Assembly: GCA_964409035.1 (NCBI GenBank) | Contig: CAYPBQ010000003.1 | Span: forward strand, 105,530-169,529 | DNA: 64,000 nt | Direction of reading: 5' to 3' | DNA from: an uncultured Candidatus Saccharibacteria bacterium | Lineage (GTDB): Bacteria; Patescibacteriota; Minisyncoccia; Phycocordibacterales; UBA12088 | Part shown: positions 29,587 to 39,226 of the stretch, in pieces | Layout: every line of letters begins with the position of its first letter | How positions within the stretch are numbered: the stretch's first letter is position 1 | Notes under the pieces: generated by a model | Seen by the model: the letters and a program-made list of their open reading frames with translations, nothing else | Told to the model about the DNA's origin: nothing | Databases searched by the model: none | Position numbers and translations under genes: made by a program

Positions 29587-30651
29587 TTAGCCGGTGAGCG
29601 CGATTATTACACCGATAAATGCAAATAGCACTGAAAGTACCCAGTAGCGCATGGTTACCTTGTAACTTGGCCAGCCAATGGCTTCAAAATGGTGATGGAT
29701 AGGCGCTACCTTGAATAACTTTTTACCTCTAAAGCGCTTTGAGCATACCTGCAATATATTTGAAAGCACCGTGATGACAAGCAAAAAGCCAATAATAGGA
29801 AGGAGTGCGATACCTTCCCCACCACCGAGCGCATCAGTCATAAATGCAAGGACAGCTATGGTCATGGTAATACCCATGGTGCCTGTTTCTGTCATCCAAA
29901 ACCTTGCTGGCGGAATGTTAAACCATAAAAAGGCAAGGGTTGCGCCAAGCATCGCCCCTGAGAATGCGGCAAGATTTAGTTGAGATTGTGAAAATGCGAT
30001 AAGTGCATACGCCGCAAAAATTGATGCAAATACACCACCAGAGAGTCCATCGATTCCATCTATTACTCCACTAGCGTAGAGCGCTACCATAACCAACATA
30101 AAAACAGGAATGATGTAGGCGCCTAAGGTAATATCTGAAAGGTACGGTAGCCCTACAGTGACTACATCAAGTTTTGCATAAAACCACCACGCGACACCAG
30201 CACCAACCAAGGTTACAACTGTGAGTCTATGAAATATAGAAAGCCCTTGCTCTCCCTCAGGAGATATATCTCTAATATCATTAAGGAGTCCAACGAGACT
30301 TCCAAGAAGTAGTGTCATGAGTGGTATCCACGTTTGATCTCGAGAGAGGTAATCCAACTTATCAAACATTGGCACATCAGTTACTAACGCAAGAACAAAA
30401 TACAACGCGGTAGTGATACAAACACTAAGCCAAATGATTATCCCTCCCATGCGTGGTGTTTTTGTCTCAGTATGTTCTCGAAGCTTTGAAAATTCTTCAG
30501 CAGTACTTCCATCTAGTGCTACTTTGTGTGGTTGCTTTTTCCACGCCTTATATTTATAGAGGTAGTGCGTAATGATTGGGGTAATTGCAATACCTACCGC
30601 AAAAGCAGTTGCGACAGGAATAAGGACTTTTACTATAGAAAAGGTAATCAT
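29587..30651 (-). CDS. mraY: phospho-N-acetylmuramoyl-pentapeptide transferase MraY
   Basis: TPTMGG-like MGGIIIW, HHHFE motif, 10 TM. Confidence 0.9.
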   Translation of the reverse strand: MITFSIVKVLIPVATAFAVGIAITPIITHYLYKYKAWKKQPHKVALDGSTAEEFSKLREHTETKTPRMGGIIIWLSVCITTALYFVLALVTDVPMFDKLDYLSRDQTWIPLMTLLLGSLVGLLNDIRDISPEGEQGLSIFHRLTVVTLVGAGVAWWFYAKLDVVTVGLPYLSDITLGAYIIPVFMLVMVALYASGVIDGIDGLSGGVFASIFAAYALIAFSQSQLNLAAFSGAMLGATLAFLWFNIPPARFWMTETGTMGITMTIAVLAFMTDALGGGEGIALLPIIGFLLVITVLSNILQVCSKRFRGKKLFKVAPIHHHFEAIGWPSYKVTMRYWVLSVLFAFIGVIIALTG

Positions 30652-30710
30652 TCATTAGATTGTAGCATAGGTAACCTCATTCTTTGAAAGCCTAGCGGTA
30701 TGGGTATTTA

Positions 30711-30739
30711 TTGACAAAACAGTTGTGTCGTAGTACTAT
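30711..30739 (+). promoter_or_regulatory. sigma70-like promoter TTGACA-17-TACTAT
   Basis: Hexamers read directly; the same TACTAT -10 is seen upstream of infA. Confidence 0.4.
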
Positions 30740-30745
30740 ATACAA

Positions 30746-30910
30746 GAAGAGTTACTTGTATTTTTGCAACACAGAAACCAATCGGTCGTCGTCGGACCTG
30801 CCGATCGATTGGTCCTATGGGTGGCGAACCCTTGATACCTGCTGTTCCACGGCAGCACGCAGTCGGGTTCGCCACCCACCATAATCGCCTCATAAAAGAG
30901 GCGATTTTTG
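30746..30910 (+). ncRNA. candidate structured sRNA (about 160 nt) antisense-oriented within the dacC-mraY intergenic region
   Basis: 5' hairpin ccaatcg/cgattgg; perfect 13-bp stem gggtggcgaaccc/gggttcgccaccc (30819-30831 with 30865-30877) enclosing a gctg/cagc hairpin; terminator tcgcctc-ataaaa-gaggcga-ttttt (30885-30909). Confidence 0.4.
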
Positions 30911-31894
30911 CTAGTAGCGAGAATTGATTACTTCTCTAGCAATCTCAGAAAGATATATAGCATCACTAAAGCGCTCATCCTTAGTAGAGCCTAGCACAAC
31001 CACCACTGCTGGATGACCTATACCTGCGTCAAATGCGATAACCAAATTGCCACCAGCAAGGTCGGTGTACCCTGTTTTAGAGGCGATTAGTCCTGGTACT
31101 GTGCCAACAAGTGTGTTTGTATTTTCAGCGATATGAGAAGTCTCTAGCGAGTCAGCCGAGGTTACTAAGTCCTTTGTCCTAGCTAGCACCTCTGGCTTTG
31201 TGCGTAATAGGTATGCAGTAAGCATGCTCATATCTCTTGCGGAGCCATAGGCGCCACTGTGGGTAAGACTGATATCAAGACCAGTAGGGTTTAAGAAGTA
31301 CGTTTGATTTAGCCCTAAAGATTTTGCATACATATTCATGCTTTCAACAAAGCCACCAAGGTTGTCAGTGCCATCAGGTAGTACATCATCTGCGGCAAGT
31401 GCAATCGCTGCAGCACCATCATTAGATGAGGTGATGAGTGTGTAATCAAGTAAGTCTGATAAATACCATGATTCTCCAGAGATGAGACCAGACTCCCCTT
31501 CTTCTTTGAGGGCTTTTTCTGAGATGGTGATAGGAGTTGCATCTGACAGTGAGGCACTAGCTACTAGCGCCGTCATTAGCTTTGCAACTGATGCAAGTGG
31601 TAATTGTGCGTCAGCATTTCGTTCGTACAAGACCTCATTTTGGAGTACGTCATACACAATAAACGAGCGTGCCGCTACCCTATCCTCATCTATTGCTATA
31701 GGAGTTGTTGTTGAAGTAATAACAGTGCTACGTGGAGAGCTGTTTGAGCTAGCCGCGGTAGAAGTGATGTAGCTAGTGCCCAGCACTCCCATTATGCCGA
31801 AAAACAAAAGTACCAATACGGGTACAGGTAGTGATGCAAGTGGTTTATAGGTCATGGTGGTCATTTGTTGATTCAGTATCAAGAAAAGCTGCAA
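30911..31894 (-). CDS. D-alanyl-D-alanine carboxypeptidase (peptidase S11, PBP5-like)
   Basis: SxxK (ASVAK), SxN (SSND), KTG (KTGYT) active-site triad; N-terminal TM. Confidence 0.8.
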   Translation of the reverse strand: MQLFLILNQQMTTMTYKPLASLPVPVLVLLFFGIMGVLGTSYITSTAASSNSSPRSTVITSTTTPIAIDEDRVAARSFIVYDVLQNEVLYERNADAQLPLASVAKLMTALVASASLSDATPITISEKALKEEGESGLISGESWYLSDLLDYTLITSSNDGAAAIALAADDVLPDGTDNLGGFVESMNMYAKSLGLNQTYFLNPTGLDISLTHSGAYGSARDMSMLTAYLLRTKPEVLARTKDLVTSADSLETSHIAENTNTLVGTVPGLIASKTGYTDLAGGNLVIAFDAGIGHPAVVVVLGSTKDERFSDAIYLSEIAREVINSRY

Positions 31895-32399
31895 GTGTAG
31901 CCGCCACTGATTCGTAGTCTGGTAGTTGTTCTACTGAGCTTACTCCTAGATGAGTGAGTAACTCAAGTGTTGGTAGGTATACAAATGTCCTCGCATCCCC
32001 TTTACTCGCCTCCTTCTTTACAAGTCCTCTTACCATAAGGGCGCGTAGGATAAAGCTCGAGTTTACACCACGAATATAATCTATTTCTGCCCTGGTAATA
32101 GGTCCATGATACAGCACAATAGAGAGTGTCTCGAGTCCTGCCTTTCCAACATCCTTACTTAACTCCTCCTTCCTAATGTTGTTTATAAAGTCCCCCATTT
32201 CTTTCTTTGTGGCAAGGGCAACGGTTGAGTCGTCTTTCACTAAGGTAAGCGCACCTCCTAGTAGATACTGCTCAAGCTCAACAAGTGATATCTGTAATTG
32301 TTCGTCATCAACGTCGCAGACTGATTTGAGTTCAGTAAAGCTAACGGGTGCGCCGTTATAAAACAAGTATGCTTCTATTCTTTTACTTGACTCATTCAT
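31845..32399 (-). CDS. scpB: segregation and condensation protein B
   Basis: ScpB winged-helix pattern (EAYLFYNGAPVSFTEL...SIVLYHGPITRAEID). Confidence 0.8.
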   Translation of the reverse strand: MNESSKRIEAYLFYNGAPVSFTELKSVCDVDDEQLQISLVELEQYLLGGALTLVKDDSTVALATKKEMGDFINNIRKEELSKDVGKAGLETLSIVLYHGPITRAEIDYIRGVNSSFILRALMVRGLVKKEASKGDARTFVYLPTLELLTHLGVSSVEQLPDYESVAATLAAFLDTESTNDHHDL

Positions 32400-33137
32400 T
32401 TAATGGTATGTTGGTTTTTGCACCTGCTCAGTTCCAATAGTTATATCATCAAATGATCGATCTTGTCTTGCGGATATTATTCCTCGTTTGACTAGTTCAA
32501 GAATGGCAAGAAATGACACGATTACATTTGCCCGGTCACCTTTTTTGTAGCCTGAGAGCTCGTGAAAGCTCTCTGACAAGGTTCGTTGTATGCGAGTAGT
32601 GAGTCCCTCAATCATAGCCTCTAGGCTCATCACCTTTTTTACTATCGCGGTTGGAGTGTCTTCTTTGCTTTTGGGTAAGTTTGCGATTACTTGCCTCACT
32701 CCCTCGTGTAGATTCTTCGTGGTGATACGTTCATGCGGTGAAAATATAATATCATTATAGGTAACACCATCACTCATAAACATCACCTTTCCAAACATTG
32801 GTTTAAGTGACGCAGCTATCTCTTTGAACAATTGATGTAGTTTTAGTCTTCTTTCTAGATCATCAACACTGTGCTGCTCTTCTTCTGTAAGGGTAAGGAT
32901 TGGTAGTAATGATTTTGATTTTATAAGTACTAATGTAGAAGCGATGAGTATAAAGTGCGCCGTCTTAGCCATTGGATACTCTGTGTGCTGCTCCAAGAAC
33001 GAGATAAAATCATCCGCCACTGTCGCAAGCGAAATGTCATTGATAAGGAGCTTACGCTTTTCTATTAGGGATAGCAGCAGGTCAAGTGGCCCTTCAAATA
33101 CTTCGGTTTTTATGTCTACGGTTACTTGTTGCTGCAC
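32400..33137 (-). CDS. scpA: segregation and condensation protein A
   Basis: FEGPLDLLLSLIEKRKL signature of ScpA. Confidence 0.8.
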   Translation of the reverse strand: MQQQVTVDIKTEVFEGPLDLLLSLIEKRKLLINDISLATVADDFISFLEQHTEYPMAKTAHFILIASTLVLIKSKSLLPILTLTEEEQHSVDDLERRLKLHQLFKEIAASLKPMFGKVMFMSDGVTYNDIIFSPHERITTKNLHEGVRQVIANLPKSKEDTPTAIVKKVMSLEAMIEGLTTRIQRTLSESFHELSGYKKGDRANVIVSFLAILELVKRGIISARQDRSFDDITIGTEQVQKPTYH

Positions 33138-33143
33138 ACAATA

Positions 33144-34475
33144 TTATGATGAGAGGAGAGTATCTATCCTATTCATGTCACGAGGAAATAGCGTGGCTTC
33201 CTTTGCATTAGAGAGACCAAGAAACTTTTGCGTAAGGCGTTCAAGTCCCATACCCCACCCTCCGTGTGGCGGCATGCCGTATTTGAATGCTTGTAGATAA
33301 AATTCAAAGAGTGCCGGATCGAGATTCTTTGCCTTGAGCTTTTCTATGTACTCATCATAGTTGTGGATACGTTGTCCGCCGGTAGTTATTTCTACACCTC
33401 TAAAGAGCAAGTCAAAGCTTTTTGTATATCCTGGATCATCCTTGTCTTCGTGGGTGTAAAATGGTCTTTTTGATACTGGGTAATGGGTAACAAATACATA
33501 GTCAGAATCAAGGTGATCATGGGCGTATTCACATAGCCACCGCTCATCTTCAGGGTTTAGGTCTGGTTCCCCCATTGTATCTCTTCCTGTCTTTTCCTTT
33601 ATAAGGGCTTGTGCCTCTTTTAGCTTCATAACTGGGAATGCCTCTGGAGCCTTTGGAAAGGTTGCATTAAGGGTAGCAAATGCGTCAGCGCAGGTATCCT
33701 TTAGATGGTCGATGATGTAATGCATGAGCTTGGTTTCAAGCTTCATGATATCTTCGTGACTCTTTATAAAACCCATTTCAATATCAAGTGAGGTGTACTC
33801 ATTGAGGTGTCGCGAGGTGCTGTGCTTTTCTGCTCTAAATACGTTACCAATCGCAAACACACGCTCGAATACTCCTACCATTATTTGTTTGTATAGCTGT
33901 GGGCTTGTAGCAAGAAATGCGTCTTGGCCTTTGAAATATTCAAGCTTAAACACGTTACCTCCACCCTCTGCGTCACCTCCAACAATCTTAGGAGCCATAA
34001 ACTCAGTAAATCCCTCTGCGGTAAGAAATTCTCTGTATGCTCGCACTATCTCGTGTTGCACCTTAAAAATTGCCCGCTCTCGAGGTCTTCGTAGGGTAAG
34101 TGGTCGCGTGTCAAAAAGAGTATCAAGATTAAGCTCTGCAGTTGAGTCAAAAGGTAATTCACGTGCGCTGGCAAGCACTCCAACATAAGTGATTTCAAGT
34201 TCTATGTCGCCATTCTTCTGATTTGGAACTACCATTTTTTCTGGTCGTTTATTCACAATACCTTTCATTTCTACCACCCACTGTTCTTTGATTGGGGTTA
34301 CACCCTCTATAACTCCTTCATGTGATGGTAGAGCAACTGCTTGCACTTCGCCTGATCTGTCGTGCAGGTCAAAAAAAACTAGTTTACCGTGATCCCTGCG
34401 TACCTGAATGGAGCCTTGTACTAGGACCTCTTTGCCAAGGTGAGCATGCAATTCGCTTAGTAGTGTTCGTTCCAT
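33144..34475 (-). CDS. aspS: aspartate--tRNA ligase, archaeal/eukaryal type (probably non-discriminating)
   Basis: N-terminal OB fold, FRAEKHSTSRHLNEYTSLDIE motif 2, GGQRIH...YGMPPHGGWGMGLERL motif 3; 443 aa. Confidence 0.8.
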   Translation of the reverse strand: MERTLLSELHAHLGKEVLVQGSIQVRRDHGKLVFFDLHDRSGEVQAVALPSHEGVIEGVTPIKEQWVVEMKGIVNKRPEKMVVPNQKNGDIELEITYVGVLASARELPFDSTAELNLDTLFDTRPLTLRRPRERAIFKVQHEIVRAYREFLTAEGFTEFMAPKIVGGDAEGGGNVFKLEYFKGQDAFLATSPQLYKQIMVGVFERVFAIGNVFRAEKHSTSRHLNEYTSLDIEMGFIKSHEDIMKLETKLMHYIIDHLKDTCADAFATLNATFPKAPEAFPVMKLKEAQALIKEKTGRDTMGEPDLNPEDERWLCEYAHDHLDSDYVFVTHYPVSKRPFYTHEDKDDPGYTKSFDLLFRGVEITTGGQRIHNYDEYIEKLKAKNLDPALFEFYLQAFKYGMPPHGGWGMGLERLTQKFLGLSNAKEATLFPRDMNRIDTLLSS

Positions 34476-34485
34476 ATAGTTAATA

Positions 34486-35517
34486 TTATAGATGTAGTGA
34501 TAAGGCAGTCTTTACTTCTTTGAGTGTCTGAGACGCGATTGATCGTACTTTTTCATTACCCTCTTTTATAATCGTGTGTACTGCATCGGTATTATTGCGG
34601 TAATAGTTGTGTCTCTCTCGTATCGGCTCTAAAAATCTGTTCATAACCTCAACTAAATATCGTTTAACCTCAACATCCCCTACCTTCCCTTCTTGATAAC
34701 GATCTTTAAAGTCATCAATAATGGTTTTATCTTCTGCAGTACTGAAGGTGTCTAGATAAATAAATACAGGATTACCGACAATAGCACCCTTGTCTGTAGC
34801 TTTAATTCTATTTGGGTCGGTATACATTGCCATAACCTTCTTCTCAACCTCCTCTTTAGGCTCAGAAAGGAATATGGTATTGCCAAGCGACTTGCTCATC
34901 TTTGGATTGCCATCGGTACCGATGAGTTTACCCACTCTGCCTATCTTTGCTATTGGTTCTGGAAAAATTTCTTTTTTGCAAACAGTATTGAGCGCTCGAG
35001 CAATTTCTCTTGCTTGCTCTAGGTGTGCCTCCTGGTCTATACCAACTGGCACTAACTCTCCCTTTACCGCAAGAATATCAGCTGCTTGATATATTGGGTA
35101 ATTTATAAATCCTAATGAAAATTGCTCACTTAATCCCTTCATGACTATTTCATCCTTGATGGTGGGATTTCTTAGCGCGGTTGCATGTGTCACATACATA
35201 GAAAAAAGCGCGGAGAGCTCATATATCTCAGGGATTGCTGATTCAACAAAGATAGTTGTCTTTTCGGGTACAAGGCCAGCAGCTAGGTTATCTATCGCAA
35301 CATGAGTCGTGTATTCTCCAATAGATGAAGGGTCTCTTGATAAAGTCGTAAAGGCATGCAAATCGGCAATAACAATAAAAGTCTCATATTCATGTTGAAG
35401 AGAAACTCTGTTTTCGAGTGTTCCTACATAGTGCCCCAGGTGTAGTTTACCCGTAGGAGTGTCTCCGGTGAGTATTCTGCCCCCTACTTTTGCTTTGGAA
35501 GTGATATCGCGTTCCAT
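34486..35517 (-). CDS. trpS: tryptophan--tRNA ligase
   Basis: GDTPTGKLHLGHYVG (HIGH-like), KMSKS present, 343 aa class I. Confidence 0.85.
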   Translation of the reverse strand: MERDITSKAKVGGRILTGDTPTGKLHLGHYVGTLENRVSLQHEYETFIVIADLHAFTTLSRDPSSIGEYTTHVAIDNLAAGLVPEKTTIFVESAIPEIYELSALFSMYVTHATALRNPTIKDEIVMKGLSEQFSLGFINYPIYQAADILAVKGELVPVGIDQEAHLEQAREIARALNTVCKKEIFPEPIAKIGRVGKLIGTDGNPKMSKSLGNTIFLSEPKEEVEKKVMAMYTDPNRIKATDKGAIVGNPVFIYLDTFSTAEDKTIIDDFKDRYQEGKVGDVEVKRYLVEVMNRFLEPIRERHNYYRNNTDAVHTIIKEGNEKVRSIASQTLKEVKTALSLHL

Positions 35518-35566
35518 TACACTATACTATCAAAATTCAACTTTTTTTCCATGAATGTAAAAATAT

Positions 35567-35594
35567 GCGAGCCGGCGCTTTGGCGCCGGCTCGT
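35567..35594 (-). terminator. intrinsic terminator (gcgagccggcgc-tttg-gcgccggctcgt, U-run on the minus strand)
   Basis: Perfect GC hairpin after the hydrolase gene stop; same GCCGGCGC core as the hairpin at 3329-3360. Confidence 0.5.
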
Positions 35595-35602
35595 AGCTGT
35601 GC

Positions 35603-36307
35603 TTATGTCACATTTTCTACCCAACCATAAATCTCTCTTTCTAAGCCGTCATCTTGTATGTGGCAAGGCATGTGCCCTGCCCCTCTTACTTCTATAACTT
35701 CAATTCTTGCTTTTGCTTTTTCAAGCATTTTTTGTAACCGATATTGAGCACTTGGCCTCACCCATCCGTCACTACTTCCCACAATCATCAAGATTGGGAC
35801 ATCGGCGAGGTTGCTCGGATCGAACTTCTTGACCCCCCTATTTTGTATGAGATCCATGCACTCGAACCCAGAAACATTCAATCTTCCTCTTATAAGATCA
35901 TGTATCTTCTCATCTGCAATTGGCCCTCCCAAAGCTATTTTTTTGTAGTCATCCTCCTTAATTTTAAATATTTCTCCAATATAAATTGGCCATAGATACC
36001 CCAGCATCAACGCACTACATAGTATCGATTGAGGAAACTTTTCAAATGGTGCTGGTGCTATCAATAAAATACCCGCCACCTTATGTCTGTATCTTGATGC
36101 CGCTACTAGAGCGGCCTTTCCTCCCGCAGAGGATCCCACAAGCAAGACTTTCTCTGGTTGTTTTTTCAGGACTTCACACACCGCTTCAACCCTGTCTCCG
36201 AATCTATGCCCATGCCTTGGTGCTTGGCAAACTATTTGGTCATACCTAAGAAAGCCGGGAAGCGCTTGCGCGCTTTGAGCAAGACCACCGACACCAATGA
36301 TACGCAT
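35603..36307 (-). CDS. alpha/beta hydrolase fold protein
   Basis: GSSAGG nucleophile elbow, C-terminal His in GAGHMP. Confidence 0.6.
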   Translation of the reverse strand: MRIIGVGGLAQSAQALPGFLRYDQIVCQAPRHGHRFGDRVEAVCEVLKKQPEKVLLVGSSAGGKAALVAASRYRHKVAGILLIAPAPFEKFPQSILCSALMLGYLWPIYIGEIFKIKEDDYKKIALGGPIADEKIHDLIRGRLNVSGFECMDLIQNRGVKKFDPSNLADVPILMIVGSSDGWVRPSAQYRLQKMLEKAKARIEVIEVRGAGHMPCHIQDDGLEREIYGWVENVT

Positions 36308-36389
36308 TTTTTGTCTCCACTTGGCCCCTCACCATGAGGAACTACTCGCAGAGTTATATAACAAAAATTAACATATGTACATACCATGG

Positions 36390-38042
36390 TTATGGCAAGG
36401 TAGTAAGCTCAACGTGGAAGATTGAGCCCTTGTTTCTACCCTCTGATTCAACCCAAATTACGCCACTGTGCGCCTGTACCATCTCCTTAGCGACGTATAA
36501 ACCTAATCCAGTACCATGTACGTTTGTGGTGTTTGCGTTATCAGCACGTTGAAATTTTGCAAAGAGTTGCCACTGGTCCTCTTTTGAAATACCAATACCA
36601 GAATCTTTAATATCAAGGTGAAGAATTGGACGATTTGCCTCACGCGAGAGACGCACCTCAACAAATCCTTTTTCTGTGTATTTGAGGGCATTATCAATTA
36701 GGTTTGATATAACCTGCCGCAACTTACCTTCATCGCCGTGTATCAAAAATCCTCGTGGATGTGTTACTACAATAAATCTGAAATCTACCCCCTTAGCCTT
36801 TGCTACTCGTGCCATATTTTCAATCACCTTTTCTGTGGTCTTATGGAAATCAAAATCGCTCATTTGGAATTTCATTCGTCCTTGTTCGATACGAGAGATA
36901 TTTAAGAAATCTTCCACCATGTCTGCCATGGCCTTCCCTGACTCTGCGATGCGCTCCATTGCTTCACGAATGGATGGCGGCACCTTTCCGAACGAACCGT
37001 CAAGGATAAGCGACGCATACCCACGAATGGCAGCGGTAGGAGCTCGTAGCTGGTGCGATGCTACGGAGACGAATTCTGTTTTTTGTTTATCAAGTACGGT
37101 GAGTCTCCTATTTGCCTCCTCAAGCTTATCGAGAGTCTGCTGAAGTTCTTCTCTTGTACGTATTTCCTTTTTTACGCTTTGGATGATAAATACACCAAGC
37201 CCGATTGATGCAAATAGTGACACGATATTTATCACCTGCTCGGTAGTATTTTGTGATGCAAACAATCGAAATAGGAATAAAAGCCATATACCAAAGGTAA
37301 GGAGCTCTGTTGCAACTATTTTGATATCAAACAATTTATGTCGGACGATCGCATAAAAGATAAAACCGACAAATAAAATAGTTGACGCGTTGCCGAACCA
37401 GTTAAGTGCAAATATTCCATACCAAGGAAGTATTAGGTTGGTGATTAGACTTACTCCTGAGGCGGTAAAGGTGCCAACAAAAAGAAACAAAGACTGTATA
37501 CGCATTGTCCTATCAGGATGCGTAATAAACTGTCGTAGTAGCAGATAGAATCCCCATCCAAATCCAATTAAAAAGTATGTGACGTACAGTGCGTAAAAAT
37601 CTCCAAAGATGATGATCTTCTCGCCCTGAGGAGGTAAGACAACATCAGTTACAAAATAGCTAGTAAAGTATGATACATACCCAATAATGACTGTGAATAA
37701 TATCAACAACGCTCTAATACTTCTGTGCTCAAGTATTGAGCGCGGCATCCCACTGTAGATATAGGCAAATACTATAAATAGCGCAGGGATAGTTACGGGT
37801 ACAAGATATAAAAGTTTTAACGCAAGGAGTGCATCTTCATATACCGCAGTAGAGCGGTAGTAGATAATGACAAATGTCCACGCGGACACACACACCGCAA
37901 GTACGCAAAATGCAGTATACAATGAACGTAATTTTCCTTTGTTAAAAAAAACTACAGTTCCGAATATTAGATTAACAATTGCAACCGCAAGTAGTATTGC
38001 GTTTGTTAATGCAAAAAATGGATCAGTACCAAAAGGTATCAT
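36390..38042 (-). CDS. sensor histidine kinase with N-terminal multi-TM (7TM-type) sensor domain
   Basis: H-box SHQLRAPTAAI, N/G1/G2 boxes (DNALKYT...GTGLGLYVAKEMV); no cognate response regulator adjacent. Confidence 0.85.
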   Translation of the reverse strand: MIPFGTDPFFALTNAILLAVAIVNLIFGTVVFFNKGKLRSLYTAFCVLAVCVSAWTFVIIYYRSTAVYEDALLALKLLYLVPVTIPALFIVFAYIYSGMPRSILEHRSIRALLILFTVIIGYVSYFTSYFVTDVVLPPQGEKIIIFGDFYALYVTYFLIGFGWGFYLLLRQFITHPDRTMRIQSLFLFVGTFTASGVSLITNLILPWYGIFALNWFGNASTILFVGFIFYAIVRHKLFDIKIVATELLTFGIWLLFLFRLFASQNTTEQVINIVSLFASIGLGVFIIQSVKKEIRTREELQQTLDKLEEANRRLTVLDKQKTEFVSVASHQLRAPTAAIRGYASLILDGSFGKVPPSIREAMERIAESGKAMADMVEDFLNISRIEQGRMKFQMSDFDFHKTTEKVIENMARVAKAKGVDFRFIVVTHPRGFLIHGDEGKLRQVISNLIDNALKYTEKGFVEVRLSREANRPILHLDIKDSGIGISKEDQWQLFAKFQRADNANTTNVHGTGLGLYVAKEMVQAHSGVIWVESEGRNKGSIFHVELTTLP

Positions 38043-39226
38043 AGATGAAGCGAACGTATATGTTCGACATCACTATCACTATAAACCCTTTTGTTATTCT
38101 GAAAAACACCACTTTCAAATGAAAACTGTTTTGCTACCGCGCTAAGCTCTTCTACAGAGTCCATATCGATTTTTCTAAACTCACCAAGCGAGCTGCCGCG
38201 CACTTCATGCATCTCATTAAGTAACAATGCCTCTGCTAAGCAACTATAAATGGTTGACGAGTCTTTAAGACCCATGTTAAAAGGGATTTTTACATGCTCT
38301 GTCCGTACCGCGCCACCAGAGAGTATAAGCAAATCATCACGCATAAGTAGCTCCTCATCAACATCAGATGGTTGTGCATCATCAACAATAATAACTCCAG
38401 GCACAACATGCTCACTAGTAATGAGCGCACCCTCTTTGCTTGTAGCAGTAACAATAACCTGCGTACCTCTTACATCACTGAGTTCGTCTGAAATGGTTAC
38501 TGTCGCTAGTTTATTATGCTCCTTAATATATGAAGCTATTTCTTCCATCCTCTCCTTCTTGTTAGAAAGATCGATAAGTAAGAGGTTGTTATATCCCCAA
38601 AATGAAAGTATTTGCGCTGCGGCAGAGCCAATCGAACCTGCTGCCCCCACTACTGAGACGACGATATTTTTCTTATCAAGACCACATGCAACAACCCCCC
38701 TATTAACAAGCGTAGCTACGTTGAGTGAGGTAAATAGTCTCCCGGTAGTGATTCTGGGCGTTTTATCTGTTCCGTTTAGTAATGTGCCACCATGTGTAAG
38801 TGATGCGGTAAGCGCTCCCAATCCTACAACTTTTGCTCCCCGCTTGTGAGCGTAAGCATATGCTTGTTTGATATAACGGACTGCGCGCGGCCTGTCTTCA
38901 AGCATTTGTTTTGCAGTAAGCGGAATTGAAAGAACGATACCCTCATGCCGCTTATCCCCTACGTGAATTGGAGCGACACTTACTACCCAAAACCGCTTCA
39001 TAACAGCTCGCACAAATGAAATAGGAAAGACACGCAAAAAAGGAAATTTTCTTAGCGTGTCTTCTTCGGTTCGTGGGTGCACAATAAATGCTACCTTTAT
39101 TTTATGTGACGGGGTACTCCACGGAATGAGTTGATAGTATATGTCTTGTAGAAGAAAATACAGTGATTTAGGCATGCTGATTATTGTTATATAGCGCAAG
39201 GTGTGTGTTTGTGTGCGACATATCAA
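38039..39226 (-). CDS. NAD(P)-binding reductase of the acyl-ACP reductase (AAR, sll0209-like) family
   Basis: Collinear similarity to cyanobacterial AAR: KVAFIVHP vs FGLIGH, GLGALTAS...TTGRLFTS vs ALGGFTSI...TTGNTHTA, IVVSVVGAAGSIGSAAAQIL vs VAVVGATGDIGSAVCRWL Rossmann motif; 4-nt overlap with the kinase gene. Confidence 0.55.
   Translation of the reverse strand: MICRTQTHTLRYITIISMPKSLYFLLQDIYYQLIPWSTPSHKIKVAFIVHPRTEEDTLRKFPFLRVFPISFVRAVMKRFWVVSVAPIHVGDKRHEGIVLSIPLTAKQMLEDRPRAVRYIKQAYAYAHKRGAKVVGLGALTASLTHGGTLLNGTDKTPRITTGRLFTSLNVATLVNRGVVACGLDKKNIVVSVVGAAGSIGSAAAQILSFWGYNNLLLIDLSNKKERMEEIASYIKEHNKLATVTISDELSDVRGTQVIVTATSKEGALITSEHVVPGVIIVDDAQPSDVDEELLMRDDLLILSGGAVRTEHVKIPFNMGLKDSSTIYSCLAEALLLNEMHEVRGSSLGEFRKIDMDSVEELSAVAKQFSFESGVFQNNKRVYSDSDVEHIRSLHL

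Noticed and set aside
20982-30739. Shared 11-mer ACAAAACAGTT in two promoter spacers as a regulator binding site
   Set aside because: Hundreds of exact 11-mer repeats are expected by chance in 64 kb of AT-rich DNA, and the motif sits at different positions relative to the hexamers.
30708-30893. 61-aa minus-strand ORF in the dacC-mraY spacer
   Set aside because: It lies entirely within a region better explained by a + strand promoter, hairpins and terminator. Its composition is skewed (R/P/G-rich from GC stems) and it has no RBS.
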